In this document: positions 51,065 through 62,824 of the stretch, one piece after another
How positions within the stretch are numbered: the stretch's first letter is position 1
Layout: every line of letters begins with the position of its first letter
Assembly (NCBI RefSeq): GCF_038025025.1
Contig: NW_027117346.1
Location: forward strand, 930,001-994,000
Reading direction: 5' to 3'
Length of the DNA: 64,000 bases
DNA from: Phyllosticta citribraziliensis
Lineage: Eukaryota
Translations under genes and position numbers: made by a program
Notes under the pieces: model-generated
The model's database searches: none
What the model was told of the DNA's origin: nothing
The model's input: the letters and a program-made list of their open reading frames with translations, nothing else

Positions 51065-52462
51065 TCAAGTGCCGTTGCGGCCTTTTCCACCAACACCTGC
51101 TTGGAGCTTGCTGGCTTCAACGTCGTGATGACCAACGAAACCATCGCGACCCTCCTCGTACTCAACCACGTCCATCAGATTGTCAATGAGGTCGGACAAA
51201 TTCAGAGCGTTGAGCCTCTTCTTGCTGTGGGGATGCATCTCATAGTTCAGCTTGCTGATCAGGGCCTTCTTGGCCGAGACTGGATCCCACCCGGCCCTCT
51301 GAGTCAGACTGACAAACTCGGTGACGAATTCTCCAAGCGGGCGGTTGTCTTGCTGCATGAACTCGAGCTTGGTTCGAGCGGCGTGGAGCTTGTCGCGAGT
51401 GTCGAAAAATTTGTCGAGGCATTGGACAACTTCAACAGACGACTTGGGGACAGCGGCGCCGGGTCGATTTATGAAAATCGACAGGGCCTGTCCTCGAAGT
51501 CGTGTCATGATGTAAGCCGCTTTGTCTTCCTCAAGACCAAGGCGTTTGTCGAAGTCCAACTTGACCTTGAGCTGGTATCGCCAGGCCTCATATTGACTTC
51601 TGTCACCCTCGAATTCGGGAATGTCGGGGATTGGAGACGTAAGGTTTTCGCTGGCAACGGCGGTAGGGGCGGATTGCTGTTGAGCCTGGAGGGCGCTGAC
51701 GACTGCTGCTTCGATGTCTTTCTTGAAATCATCCTTGGTTGCGTACATGGGATGCTCCGCATGATCGTCGATGTCCGTGTTCTCTCTCAAGTAGTCTTGA
51801 CTATGAGCAGCATCTCCAGTCGTGATTTCCTCGGTGATATGGGGTACGATGGTAATGGTCTTGGGGACCTTGATGAGTCGCGCCTCGTCCTTGGCTTCGC
51901 TGATGATGGAAGCAAGCGTAGAAGTCTGAGATTGGCACCAGTTGTTTCGCTTGACGGCGCACCAGTACTCGAGGGAGTCTGACAGATCGTCGAGTAGGAA
52001 GAGACATGCAATGTTGTCTTCAACCTTCCAACCAGCAACAGTTCGACAAAGTTTCACTTGATGCTCAAAGGCGTCGATGTACTCGCTGATGGAGCCATAG
52101 TCGGCAGGCTTGATGTGTCGGAGGCCATTGATGGTCGCAATCTTTGACTGCAAGCTGGGCTGATCGAACAACTGGTGGAGCCTGTCCCAAATCTCCTTGG
52201 CGGTAGTATGGTGGTTGGCAAGCTGCTCTCTCACCTTTTGAGAGCAGTTGCTGTAGAGTAAGGACATGACAACGGCGTCTCTGTGCCTCCATTCCTTTCG
52301 CTGGACGGGATTCACGCCATAGGGAAAACTTCCGGTCAAATGCTCTTCGTTGTCCATGGCCTTGACGTGGAGCTCCACGGTTGTCTTCCAAGAGGCCCAA
52401 TCAGCTCCATCTTTGAGCTCTGGGACGTTGGCCTGCGGATGGCCGTCCAGAGACGGAGCCAT
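51065..52462 (-). CDS. Stand-alone retrotransposon-derived protein: copia-type Gag fused to gypsy-type Gag (465 aa)
   Basis: Domain 1: PELKDGADWASWKTTV..EHLTG..WRHRD..TAKEIWDRLHQLF..SISEYIDAF..FLLDDL. Domain 2: PDIPEFEGDRSQYEAW..KAAYIMTRLRGQA..ARTKLEFMQQDNRPLGEFVTEF..AGW. Intronless; no pol. Confidence 0.8.
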   Translation of the reverse strand: MAPSLDGHPQANVPELKDGADWASWKTTVELHVKAMDNEEHLTGSFPYGVNPVQRKEWRHRDAVVMSLLYSNCSQKVREQLANHHTTAKEIWDRLHQLFDQPSLQSKIATINGLRHIKPADYGSISEYIDAFEHQVKLCRTVAGWKVEDNIACLFLLDDLSDSLEYWCAVKRNNWCQSQTSTLASIISEAKDEARLIKVPKTITIVPHITEEITTGDAAHSQDYLRENTDIDDHAEHPMYATKDDFKKDIEAAVVSALQAQQQSAPTAVASENLTSPIPDIPEFEGDRSQYEAWRYQLKVKLDFDKRLGLEEDKAAYIMTRLRGQALSIFINRPGAAVPKSSVEVVQCLDKFFDTRDKLHAARTKLEFMQQDNRPLGEFVTEFVSLTQRAGWDPVSAKKALISKLNYEMHPHSKKRLNALNLSDLIDNLMDVVEYEEGRDGFVGHHDVEASKLQAGVGGKGRNGT

Positions 52463-52585
52463 GATGGCAGAAGCGTTGGTGAGAGGATGAACGAGGTTGT
52501 TAAGAGTTGAAGGGGAAAGTGACGATTGGGGTGTTTTATTTTGCACGTCGTTTGTGGCCCGGCGTCGGGTCGGCTTGGTGCCGGA

Positions 52586-52720
52586 GGATGGGTTTGGGAA
52601 GGAAAGAACGGAACAACTGCCTTGAGACTCCTCAGGTCTAGCTACCCGCACAGCAGCGAATGAACGCTCCCTGGGCGGACTTGTACTGCTAGGGGGTCTA
52701 ATTTCTTTCGACACCCACTG
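52586..52720. mobile_element. Putative MITE, copy 2 (left TIR degenerate)
   Basis: The 20-bp ATTTCTTTCGACACCCACTG (52701-52720) is identical to 11481-11500. Also shares TGAGACTCC, GGTCTAG, CAGCAG.GAA, GCTCCCT, TGTACT and TGCTAGG.GGTCT in the same order. Confidence 0.6.
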
Positions 52721-52748
52721 TGCCTCTTACTTCTTACGTGCCTGCCCA

Positions 52749-55202
52749 TTACAGCCTCTTGACGTCGCCCACACTCCACTGCTCATACGCCTCCACCATC
52801 TCGGCTGTAATCCTCTTGGGCACCTTCTCCAGCGCAGCTTCGAAATCCGCCGACTCGACGCACGGAATTCCAGTGTCTTTCCTCTCGATCCGGCGTCTCA
52901 ACCTCGTCCTCGCCGCTTCTGCACACACCTCCACAATCTCAGCACCGCTGTATCCTTCCAGTCTCTCAGCCAGCACATCCAGGTCCACATCGTCTCCCAA
53001 TGGCCTCCTGCGCATTCCGGCAACGTTCAGAATCTGTCTGCGGGCTTCCAAACCAGGCGGTCCGACGTATAGAATGGCATCGAAGCGACCAGGGCGCATG
53101 AGAGCAGGGTCAAGAATCTCCGGCCGGTTGGTTGCAGCAAGGACGAGCACACCCTTCAAACTCTCGATGCCGTCCATCTCATTGAGGAGTGTTGTCAAGA
53201 CATTCATGCCGGACAAGTGCGAGCCGGACGTCCTGCTAGCAGCAATGCTGTCGATCTCGTCAAAGAACAAGATGGAGGGCGACGCGGCACGAGCCTTGCT
53301 AAAGACGTCGCGCACGGCACGTTCAGTCTCTCCAACGTACATGGATGTCAGCTCCGCGCCTTTGACGGCAAGGAAATTGAGCGACGACTCGGTAGCAATG
53401 GCTTTGGCGCACAGAGTCTTGCTGCAGCCCGGTGGTCCATACAGCAGGATTCCTCGCTGCGGTTGGAGATCGAGAGCGTCCATGTCATCTGCGTAGCGGT
53501 AGGGCCATTCGGTGACTTCACGCAGGGCTTGCTTGACGCTGTCGGAGCCGCCAATGTCTGACCAGCGAACCTTGGGGGTTTCGAGGAATACTTCGTTCAT
53601 CGCTGTCGGGCGCACTTGGAGAAGAGCGGCTTCGAAGTCCTCGAGTTTCACTTGGGCAGGCTCCCGGTACACGAAATCTTCGTCATCGAGTTCAATCTCA
53701 ACGGGCTCCTGGGCGGCCTCTTGCTCCTGCCGCTGCTTTTGAGTGTCGTCGTCCTCCTGTTCTTGAATCTTCATGGCATCGAGCGATTGCTCGAGGTCAT
53801 CGGCTGATGAATGCTTCTCCTGCTCGAAAAACCTATCCACTGCTCTTTTGAGTGCCTTTTTGTAAAGGGCCGCGAGATCTCGACCTACAAAGCCGTGGGT
53901 TCTGCCGCCGATTTCGTCCGCAACCCAGTCACGGATCGGCCAGTCCTGGTCCTGGAGCACCTTGAGAATCTCGACACGGGCTCCAGATTCGGGCACCGGG
54001 ACTTCGATCTCATCTGAAAAGTGTTGTGGGGTTCTCAGGGCAGGGTCAACATTGACCAGTTTGGTGGTAGTGCCCACAACCATGACACGGGCCGTTCCCA
54101 GTTTCTCTATCTCCGCCGCAATGCATCCTGCTAAGCTCACTCTGGAAGAAGCACCATCTTCGATCCGGGGGGCGAAATTCTCGAGTTTTTCGAAAACGAG
54201 TAGACTTGGCTGGGCCTTGACGGCCTCGTCAAATGCTTTGCGTAAAGCGCTATGGCTCTTTTCGGATGACCCAGCCGGTTCTTCCACATTGATGACTTTG
54301 CGCCATGGTGCTTCGCTCAGTCGACGCAAGAGTAAGCTCTTTCCGGTACCAGACGGACCATGAATTAGAACCCCTGTGCTGGTATTCAGAATAGTCGGAT
54401 ATTTTTGACGGCGCAGGGTGTTGGTAAGGGTTGTCAGGCGTTGATTGAGCTCCAAGACCTGGCGGTGCAGTCCGCCGATGCCCTCGGCGCTCATTTCAAA
54501 CTTGGTGGGCTCTTGTGCAGTCGTCGTGGACACAGCTTGGCCTGCTTCAAGAAGGCAGACCTCGCTCTTGTAGTCGCAATAGTACGGCACATGGGGTTCC
54601 TCGGCTGGAGGCTCGACCTGGCTGACTACAAAGCGTACTTTTCGACCAGACCGAGGGTGTGTGACTGCAAACGTCCCGTTTGGAAGGACAGCATCAAGAG
54701 ACCCTGCGAGAATTGAATAAGAGAAAGGACTGGATAAGGGCACGCGGGATAGAGACACGGAAACAAGGGACTTTCAAATTGCAGAGGTCTGCTTACACAA
54801 TGCTACTTTGGCTAGCAATTCCAAAGCCTCCTTGGGCAGCCTGATGCTTCCAGGCTCCAGCTCTTGGATATGAAGTTTTTGGGCATGGCGCAGTCTCTGC
54901 GGTTCAAATTTGGAAACGGTGACCTTGTCTTCCAGTTTCAGACCAAACAGGTCCTTCAGGGGCTCTTCTATGAAGGCAATGCGGTTCTGGTCCTTTGGGT
55001 CGGCCTTGGTATTCCAGGCCACGCCTACGGCTTTGGGGTTTCCATTGGGCTGATCAAGGAGGCAGTAGTCGCCAACTTCGAGACCCAGAGACTTGAGGTT
55101 TTTCATGGACATCAAGACCCTCAGACCGCCTGCGTCCAGGGCGCGGGGCGGCGTGGAGGCCTTGGCCGAGGCCCAGCGGAGGCGGAATGGAGAAATATCC
55201 AT
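52749..55202 (-). CDS. AFG2: AAA+ ATPase Afg2/Drg1 (SPATA5) family
   Basis: Two AAA modules: GPSGTGKS and GILLYGPPGCSKTLCAKA; VKGAELTSMYVGETER, FFDEID, LLNEMDG, ALMRPGRFD; intron at about 54708-54795. Confidence 0.88.
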
Positions 55203-55612
55203 GTCGGGGGGGCTGGCACGGTGGGAGGGGGAGCGGGAGCGGTCGTGGGCGTGGTCGAACTTTTTTTTTTTTTTCCAGATGTGGTGGGAGTTGACCAGTC
55301 AGAGCCAATCAACGGGCTCAGAATTTGCACTGATCAGCCCCTCGTTGACGTCGGTCTCGGGCGTCTCCAGATCAGCTCAGAGTCAGGGACAGGAGAGTCA
55401 GAGCTTCCGGTTGCCCTGGGTGGCCGCTCTCCGTCGCTCCCCGCCCGTCCGTCCGTGCTCGGGCGCTCGGGCCGAGTGAAGCTCCCGTCGTGCCGCCCCC
55501 GTGTCCGCATCTCCAGCAAGCCCAGCTTGACGCGACTCTCCAAGCAAACTGACCTCCCACGCTTTCCACCTGGCCCGATTTGGCCCAATACGCCCTTCCT
55601 CCGCCTCAACCC

Positions 55613-58041
55613 ATGCCGCCAACTCGGCAGCTACCCTTGGATTCTCTCCATCCTCTATCAATCGCCCTACGGAACTGCCTCGGCATCACCGATCGTCGCC
55701 TGCTCACCCGAGCTCTCCACGTTTCTCCAAGAACCTCTCCAGACGTGCGGCGCGTCGTGTACTCTAGCAAAGAAAACGGTCCTGGGGAGGAACTTCCCCA
55801 AATCGCGTCTGCACAAGGCCGCAGGATATCCCGACTGGCGCAATTGGATGAGGAGTTTGTCAAAATCGTGGAAAGAGGGCCTCGCGCATCGCCGACTGCA
55901 GGAAACTACAGCGAGAGGCGCCGACGGCTGACAGGTGCTCAATCAGATACGCAGAGCTCGCATGAAGCGGAGACCGTGGAAACAACGGAAAAGCGCTCTC
56001 GAATAATAGAACCAGGAGCGCCGCTTAGCTTGCAGCAACCGATTGGACAAAGTACGGGAGATGACGAGAAGCGCGGCATGTCTTCGTGGTCTCCCGAGTT
56101 GCTCAAAGAGACACCGAAAGGGCAGAGTCCGAGTCCGAGCCCTCATGTACAAGTCGACATGATGGAGAAGCAAGATTGGACTGGAATCTCGTACAACGAG
56201 GCCATGCAAAACCTCGACATTGAGCAAGTATCAGCTACGACTGAAGATCCAGTCGTACTAGATCAGGTCGCAAGGACGTTGCGCCAGAGCAACGAAGAAG
56301 CATTCCAGGACAAATCCATTCTCGGAACACAAACGGAAGTGGCAGATAGTTCAGGTGAACAGGGAGCTGCTCAGGCGTCTGAGTACCGTGGTCGAGATTT
56401 GGAAGTCGAAGAGGTTGTACAGCAGGATCAGCCTCCGCAGCTGCGTTTGGAGAAAGGGCAGCACACTACCACTGTGGAAAATCAAGGCGGCCTGCTAGCG
56501 GCCCTGTTTCCTGAAATGAGCGGCGCACCAGATACTGAGAACCGAACCGTCGAGCAACAAGAGGAAGCGGATGCCCTGGAAATCCCAGGAGGACTGGTGG
56601 CTGCAATGTTTCCCGATTTGACAGAATCATCGGAAAACGAGAACAAGGCCGTTGAAGACGACCCCAATGAACTATTGGACATGTTGTTCCCCGAACTCAG
56701 TACAAAGCAATCCAAAGCCGAGCGAACACCCACAAAAACTAGCCCGGATTCGAAAGAGGACCCGGGAAGTGGAGTAGGAAAGTTTAAGTGGTCATTCCCT
56801 GAAGAGACTTGGGGGCGAAATGGGCAGCTTCCACAGGCCATCCTGCAGCAGAAATCTGCAAGAATGAATTCTGACCAGAAGTCGACAAAGAAACCCAAGG
56901 ACACAGTGAAAGTCAAAAGAGACTCGAAACCGGTCGATGACTCTGGGACAACAAAAGAGCCAGTTGACCGCAACTTGAACTACCATGACGTTGTTCCAGA
57001 GAATCTGCTCGAGGAACTCTTCCCGGAAGAGTCCAAGACGCAGAGCAAAATGGAGGTGGCCAAACGACGAGAATTTGAGGTTCCGAAAATGAGACTCGAC
57101 TTGGCAGCAGGGCCTCAGCTGAGACACTACATCCGCTCTGGGGAGATCAAAACCCCACGACAAGAACATACCTGCATCGTTAATCTGCAAGCCGTCAGTC
57201 CTCGACTGACCGAAGAAGACATTCGAGGCCTGCTCCCACCCACAATGCACATTGAGGGCTGGAGCTCCGAGTACATAAAAAGTGAGCCACGCCCGTCTTT
57301 CCTTTCTCGCCTTTGCTGACTCCTCTAGCTATCCCAATACGTGACCCAACCACGCTCGCTCGAAAGGACGCGTACAATATTCTCTTTCGCAGCGCATACG
57401 GCGCTCTAGACTTCCAAAAGCGCTTACGCAGGCTACACGACATTCTCTTCAAACAAGCACCAACATCAATGCTCTCGCCGCGCACACATCCACTCAGCCT
57501 GACGGACCCCGAAACGGGCGAAAACTTCAGGGCATCGCTTAAGCTGTACACACTGGGGCCGCCAAGCCAGCGCGGCAACGTCTACGCGAAGGTCCTGGGC
57601 GAGCCATGGCCGCACGAAACGGCGCGCCTGGTACACAATGGCGGGTATCCGCAGGTCATGGACCTCGCGCCCGGCATCGCCGCCAAGGTGCTGCTGCACT
57701 TTGACGGCATGCAGCCCACCAAGTACGAGATCGTCGACGCCATCCGCGCCGATGGCCACGACCGCGGCGTCCCCTGGGACATACCCGGTGGCCACAACGG
57801 CGGGCCCACCGTCGTGGCTGGCGTGGTGCAGCTGAGCACGGCGCGTCGAGACGACGCGTATTCGGATACGTCTGCCCTTATGCGCAAGTTGCCGCCGAGG
57901 TGGCTGATCAGTTTTCGGTCCAAAGCTGAGGCGCATCGTTTCGTGAGGAGGTGGCATCGGAGGCCTTTTCCGTGGCAGCCTAAGGAGTATAGTGAGTATG
58001 GCGAGGATCTGCCTACGGTGAGGGCTGAGGTGCTGTGGTAG
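55613..58041 (+). CDS. Fungal hypothetical protein (possible mitochondrial presequence; acidic disordered middle; RRM-like C-terminus)
   Basis: Long ORFs joined by an intron at about 57282-57328 (GTGAGC..GCTGAC..TAG); C-terminal IPIRDP.TL...YNILF and RWLISF...EAHRFVRRWHRRPFP. Confidence 0.75.
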
Positions 58042-58330
58042 GCTGGGAGTCAGTTGGTGCTGTAAATAGCGTGAAACCTCGTAGATACAATGAGGAGCAA
58101 TCCGTCAGGGTCTTGGACGAGAATCAGAGTATGATTGATGATGCAGATCAAAAAGGACGGCAATAATGTATTGAGCGTTTTGATATTCATCTGGCGTCTC
58201 CAGCCATGAATGTCCTTTGCTGCATATAAACAATGCCCCGTCATAAAAGATCCCAACGCCGCGCTATGCCAATGCGCTCCCGATTGAAGTTCCCAAAGTC
58301 AGCCAGAAGCGCCTTTCATCAGTCCCACGC

Positions 58331-59397
58331 CTATTCATCCATCTGCCATGCGTACTCCAGGTCCCTCCGATTGGCGCGCGCATTCCTCGACTTGAACCAC
58401 TCCCTCTCAAAGCCATTGCTGCGATCAACGCCATCCCAGCGGTGACCGGGGCGGATACCATAGCGATTGGGCTCAAACGCGCCCTTGTACAACGGCTTGC
58501 CCGTCCGGCTCTTCTTCTCCTTTTTGGTCGTCAAAAACTGCATCGCAGGATCATTCCAGCGCTCGACCTCCTTCATCTCCTCGTTGATCTCCTTGTCGTC
58601 GGCGGTGCGCGCAAAGGGCATGTACTTTGCCTCGGCGAGGGCCTGGCGGCGAGCCTCCTTTTCGGCGCGCTGCACGTCGCCCTTGGCCTCCTCCTCCTCC
58701 TGGCGCTTCTTGGCCTCGGCCTCGTTGGCCGCGCGCCGCGCCTCCGCCCGCTTCATCGCCACGTTGATGATGCGTCCGCTGGCGTCGCGGTAGATGGTCT
58801 CGCCCGCCGCCGCGCCCGCTTCGCGCATGGCCGCTTCCATGTGCTTGCGCTCCTCGCGCTGCCGCTTCTCGAGCGCCGCTGCCACCTGCGATGCTGTTTG
58901 TAGACCCGCCGCCGCGCCGGAGTCCATGACCGGGCCATCTTGGTTGTCGGCGACCGTGGGTGCTTCGTCGTCTGCGGCGCCTGAGGCTCGGTTTTCTGCT
59001 GCGGCCGAGGCGATGATGGCGTCGGCGGCGGCTTGGTCGGCGTTTGTGGGCGCGCTGCTGCCAACGGTTTTCCAGCCGGAAGTCTTCTTTTTGCGGAACT
59101 CGGCGCTGGTTCCGGCGACTGGAAGGATTGTCAATTACTGGTTGGCGCAGAGTGGGCGTGTACTCTGGAAGAAGTCGAATATGCGTGGTGGGATGATTGG
59201 GAAGACGTACCGTTCATGGGCGCTTCATCGTCGTCGTTGGTCTGCGGACCTGAATTCCAGTCCGTGGCATCGTCGTCGGCAATGACAAGGCCGCCGCTGG
59301 CTTCGGCCTCCTTTCTTTTGCGCTTTTTGCTCTTCTTCTTTTCCGCAGGACCGTCGGCAGTCAGGTACTTCTTAGCGAGGTAATCGGCAAGGGACAT
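58331..59397 (-). CDS. BUD13: Pre-mRNA splicing factor Bud13/Cwc26
   Basis: [50 protein letters not shown]; one intron at about 59110-59210. Confidence 0.95.
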
Positions 59398-59815
59398 GAT
59401 GCTTCCAAAGACGGGGACAGTTGACGGGGAGCTTTCGAAGCTTTCGGAGGTGACGTCCTGCCGCGCTAGCGGAGCGATGATGGTCTGTGCATTTGGACAA
59501 ACATGGCAAACCTCAGGCAGGCGCCACTGCTCCCTCCCCCGGTGAAACGCTACTCGAAGAACTGAAGTCTATCTCCACCAGGATTCTGCAACTTGACTTT
59601 CAAAGCCCATGTCGATCGAACTTGATCGAATCTTGCGAGTTTCAATCCAAACCCAAGATTTACTTTTTGTTCTGACTGTTCAGTAGCTGAAGCATCGCAA
59701 AAGACGAGTCACTCGCAGGCAGAAGTCGTGGCCGGTCGTCTTGCGGCCTGGCATTCTTGACGTGCTCTATTCCTACGAGGCCCACCCGGTGACCAGCTTC
59801 GACAACTTTGGAGCC

Positions 59816-60489
59816 ATGTCTCGCCGGTCCGAAGAGGCGGCTGCGTGGTTTGCAGCCGTATATCAGGCAGTCCAAGAAGTGCCCTACGGCAAAGTCACGT
59901 CCTATGGGCACATTGCGCGACTGGTGGGAAGACGTAGGTGACAACCTCGAGTCAATGTATCTGTAGTCGACGACTGACCTGTTTCCACGACCAGCCGAGT
60001 GCCCAAGGTGCGTGACACGGTCTGGGGGCGTTGGTGGTGAGGTCTGACCATGACCCTTGCAGGCAAGTCGGTGTCTATCTCAAACACCTGGCGTCGTCAC
60101 CGAACGCAGCCGATGAGAGCAGCCGGAGCAGGCCGAAGTGGCATACAGCCAACGTACCATGGCAGCGCGTCATCAACTCCAAGGGCATCATCAGTCCGAG
60201 GTAAGCGCCTTGAATTCCTTGTCTCACGCATGTCCCGTGACTTTTGGGGCGCTCGAGGCTGACTTGTCGACAAAGAGGCCCGTCGGGTGCGAGCAGGCAG
60301 GCAGCTGCCCTACGCGCCGAGGGCGTCCACGTGGATAGGGGCAGCTTGGGAGAGTATTTAGTCAGTTTGGAAACCTACGGCTGGTTTCCCGACATGCTGC
60401 CCAGCGAGGAGGCGGAGCTGGAGAGCAGCGACCCGGACAGCGACAGCGACATGGGCGAGGGCAATGACGTCGAGCGCGCAGCAAGGTAG
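59816..60489 (+). CDS. ATL1: Alkyltransferase-like protein (MGMT family, non-catalytic Trp variant)
   Basis: VPYGKVTSYGHIARLVGR|PECPR|QVG, NVPWQRVINSKG; 13-nt microexon 59995-60007. Confidence 0.88.
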
Positions 60490-60892
60490 GCGGAGGGGGA
60501 GGATGACATGGACTAGATCCGGCGGGGACCCAAGTGCTGCTTTGCTTACGGGGGTGGGTGGATCCGGAATGCAGAGAGATTTCGGGGGGCTTCGCGGCTT
60601 GGGTGGCTACGGGCGTATAGCGAAGCGCAATTCAAAGGTGTAGATGCGGCGTTGGATGGGGAAACGCGGAGGATCATCGGCCAAGGACTTGTGGTTGGTC
60701 GTGATGCGGGCACCTCACCTCCCTCGGGGCACGGCCGCCCGCTACTGTACACCCAAACTCCATTACCACCAAGGTGCTGAACTGCGACGACCCACGACAA
60801 CCCAACGCCCCCATGTGCGCGAGTGAGGCGCGATAATCGACGGCCGGGCCGGAGCCGGACCTGGGGCATGGCCAGGTGGAGAGGCTGACAGA

Positions 60893-60918
60893 CAGCAGCA
60901 GCAGCAGCAGCAGCAGCA
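60893..60918. repeat. (CAG)8 microsatellite
   Basis: cagcagcagcagcagcagcagcagca. Confidence 0.9.
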
Positions 60919-61534
60919 CTGGCAGGCCGGGCCCGGCTTCGCGCTCTCTCCGCTCCCCCTATCAGCGCGCCGCGAGCTGAAGCGTGGATGGCTTTCAGGG
61001 CACCAGGAGGGATGGTCCCGTGTCCATCTGCCACAACCAAGGCTGCTCCTTATCTCGACCTGTCCTAGTCCCTTTGTCCCAACTTAGAAGCCCGCTGGCG
61101 TCATCCGCCGTACATAAACAACAACACCGCACCCGCCTTTATCCTGCCTTGCGCCCCCCGCAAACTGCTATTCCCAAACCACGCTGCCCATCCATTGCTG
61201 TCCGCATCCGCATCCGCATCCGTGCAAACACCGCCCTGCCCTTCTAGGAAAGCCCCCTCCTTTTCGAGACGCCGCTAGACCTCCCCTCCCCGCCGCACCG
61301 CCACTGCTCCATTCGGCCACGGCAGTGACTCAGCTGGCCCGAGTCATCCTCTGGACCGGTCACGACCTCCGTCGACCCTCTTGACCTATAAGACAACTTG
61401 CACCTACTAGCTCGCCTCTTAACCTCGACCTCCACCGCATTCCAGCCATCCCAACCGACCTCCATTCACCTCACCCATTCTACCTCACCACAAGTCGTTC
61501 CCTTCCTGCAACCAAGCATCCCATCACGTCGACC

Positions 61535-62140
61535 ATGGCTCCCGAGCAGTCCTTCTCTAACGATCTCCGCTCCGCTGCCGTCGACTACAACCGCGACCAC
61601 GAACAGAAGCACAAGTGGGCCTTGGGTGGCCAGCACGGCCCCGGCCGGATGGGCGAACAACCCAGGCCCTTCCGCTATGCTTCGGGGTAAGTCGCGCATG
61701 GCGGGGAGAAGCTGCCGACGTTGACACGGACTGACGTGATTGCTAGTATGAACGCCGCCTTCAAGCGCGACAATGCCAAGACCGCCAACCGCGCTGCGAA
61801 GCTCCGCAAGCAGGAGATTCTCCCAAGCGAGCCCTACACATCCAGCGACTCATCGGCCGACGAGGAACCCGTCGAGGCCTCGGCCGCGCCCGAACCTGAT
61901 GCCGAGATTACATATTCGTTTGATGCGGAGCGGGGTCCTAGCCAAGGCAGCCAAATCCTGAACCAGGCGCTTGTCCAGGCCATCGAACGCTTTGAGGATC
62001 GCAAGACGCACGAGCTGGTCGAAGAAGAATACGAAGTTCTCGATGAGAACGGCGAGGCCGCACAGGTCAAGGCGCGTCGTTCGGCCAAGGGCAAGAAGAA
62101 GGCTTCAAAGTCGGACGACGACGACTTTGTCGTGGTCTAG
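61535..62140 (+). CDS. Small fungal hypothetical protein, 2 exons
   Basis: ATG 61535; intron at about 61687-61746 (GTAAGT..CTGAC..TAG); YSFDAERGPSQGSQIL..AL..A.E.FE..T..LV..EYEVLD. Confidence 0.75.
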
Positions 62141-62824
62141 CGGGGCGATTAGGCTCGAGGGCGGTCTCTTGTGCTGCAGTGATTCGGGTTTCGGCATGGC
62201 GTTTTGGTAATCGACGGCCTGTTACGAGCGGCCAGATTGGGTTTGATTCTGACTAGCATGGATACGGGCATTTCAGGAGAGGAGCTCTGGGTTTTGCTGT
62301 TTCTCGAGGAACTGATGGGCCCGGATAGTCAGCGACGGGCATGGGCTTTTTTTCGCGGGGAATGGCATGGTAGATGATTGCTTTTCGATGATGCGCTGAT
62401 AGGCGCCATACGAACGCTCGCAGATTGCTCATGGTGCAACATGAACCTGGACAAGGCGGCAGCTACGTGAAGTGAACGAAAGCATGACGATAAGGGCTGC
62501 AAAGGTGGAGGCGTGGAGCTGGCGACGTCCACTGACGATCCCGGGGTCGGGAATGCCAAGGCTCGCGCAACATGCTAGACCCCGGTTACGTCATGCGGCT
62601 GGACCACCCGTTACCTTGGACGGCCTATCGCCATTCCTCCGCTACCTAACCGCTCACTATTCTTCCTCCTCCTTGCAAACATCTGGTCGACTGACCTGAC
62701 TGTACCCTCAACGACTCCTCTGTTTTTGCCTCTTCTGGAGCGCTAATGCACTCGCCTTCGCTGACTCGTCTCTGACCACGTCTCCCCACTCTTGCCCTTT
62801 CTTGTACTGTACACTTTTCTGGAC

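Noticed and set aside
52625..52715. Minus-strand CGAAA ... CTGAGGAG suggesting a type II hammerhead within the repeated element
   Set aside because: Stem II does not pair and the CTGANGA core is not conserved in the copy at 11.4 kb.
50600..52750. Full LTR retrotransposon around the Gag ORF
   Set aside because: No paired LTRs or pol seen, and there is no room for them between the flanking genes.
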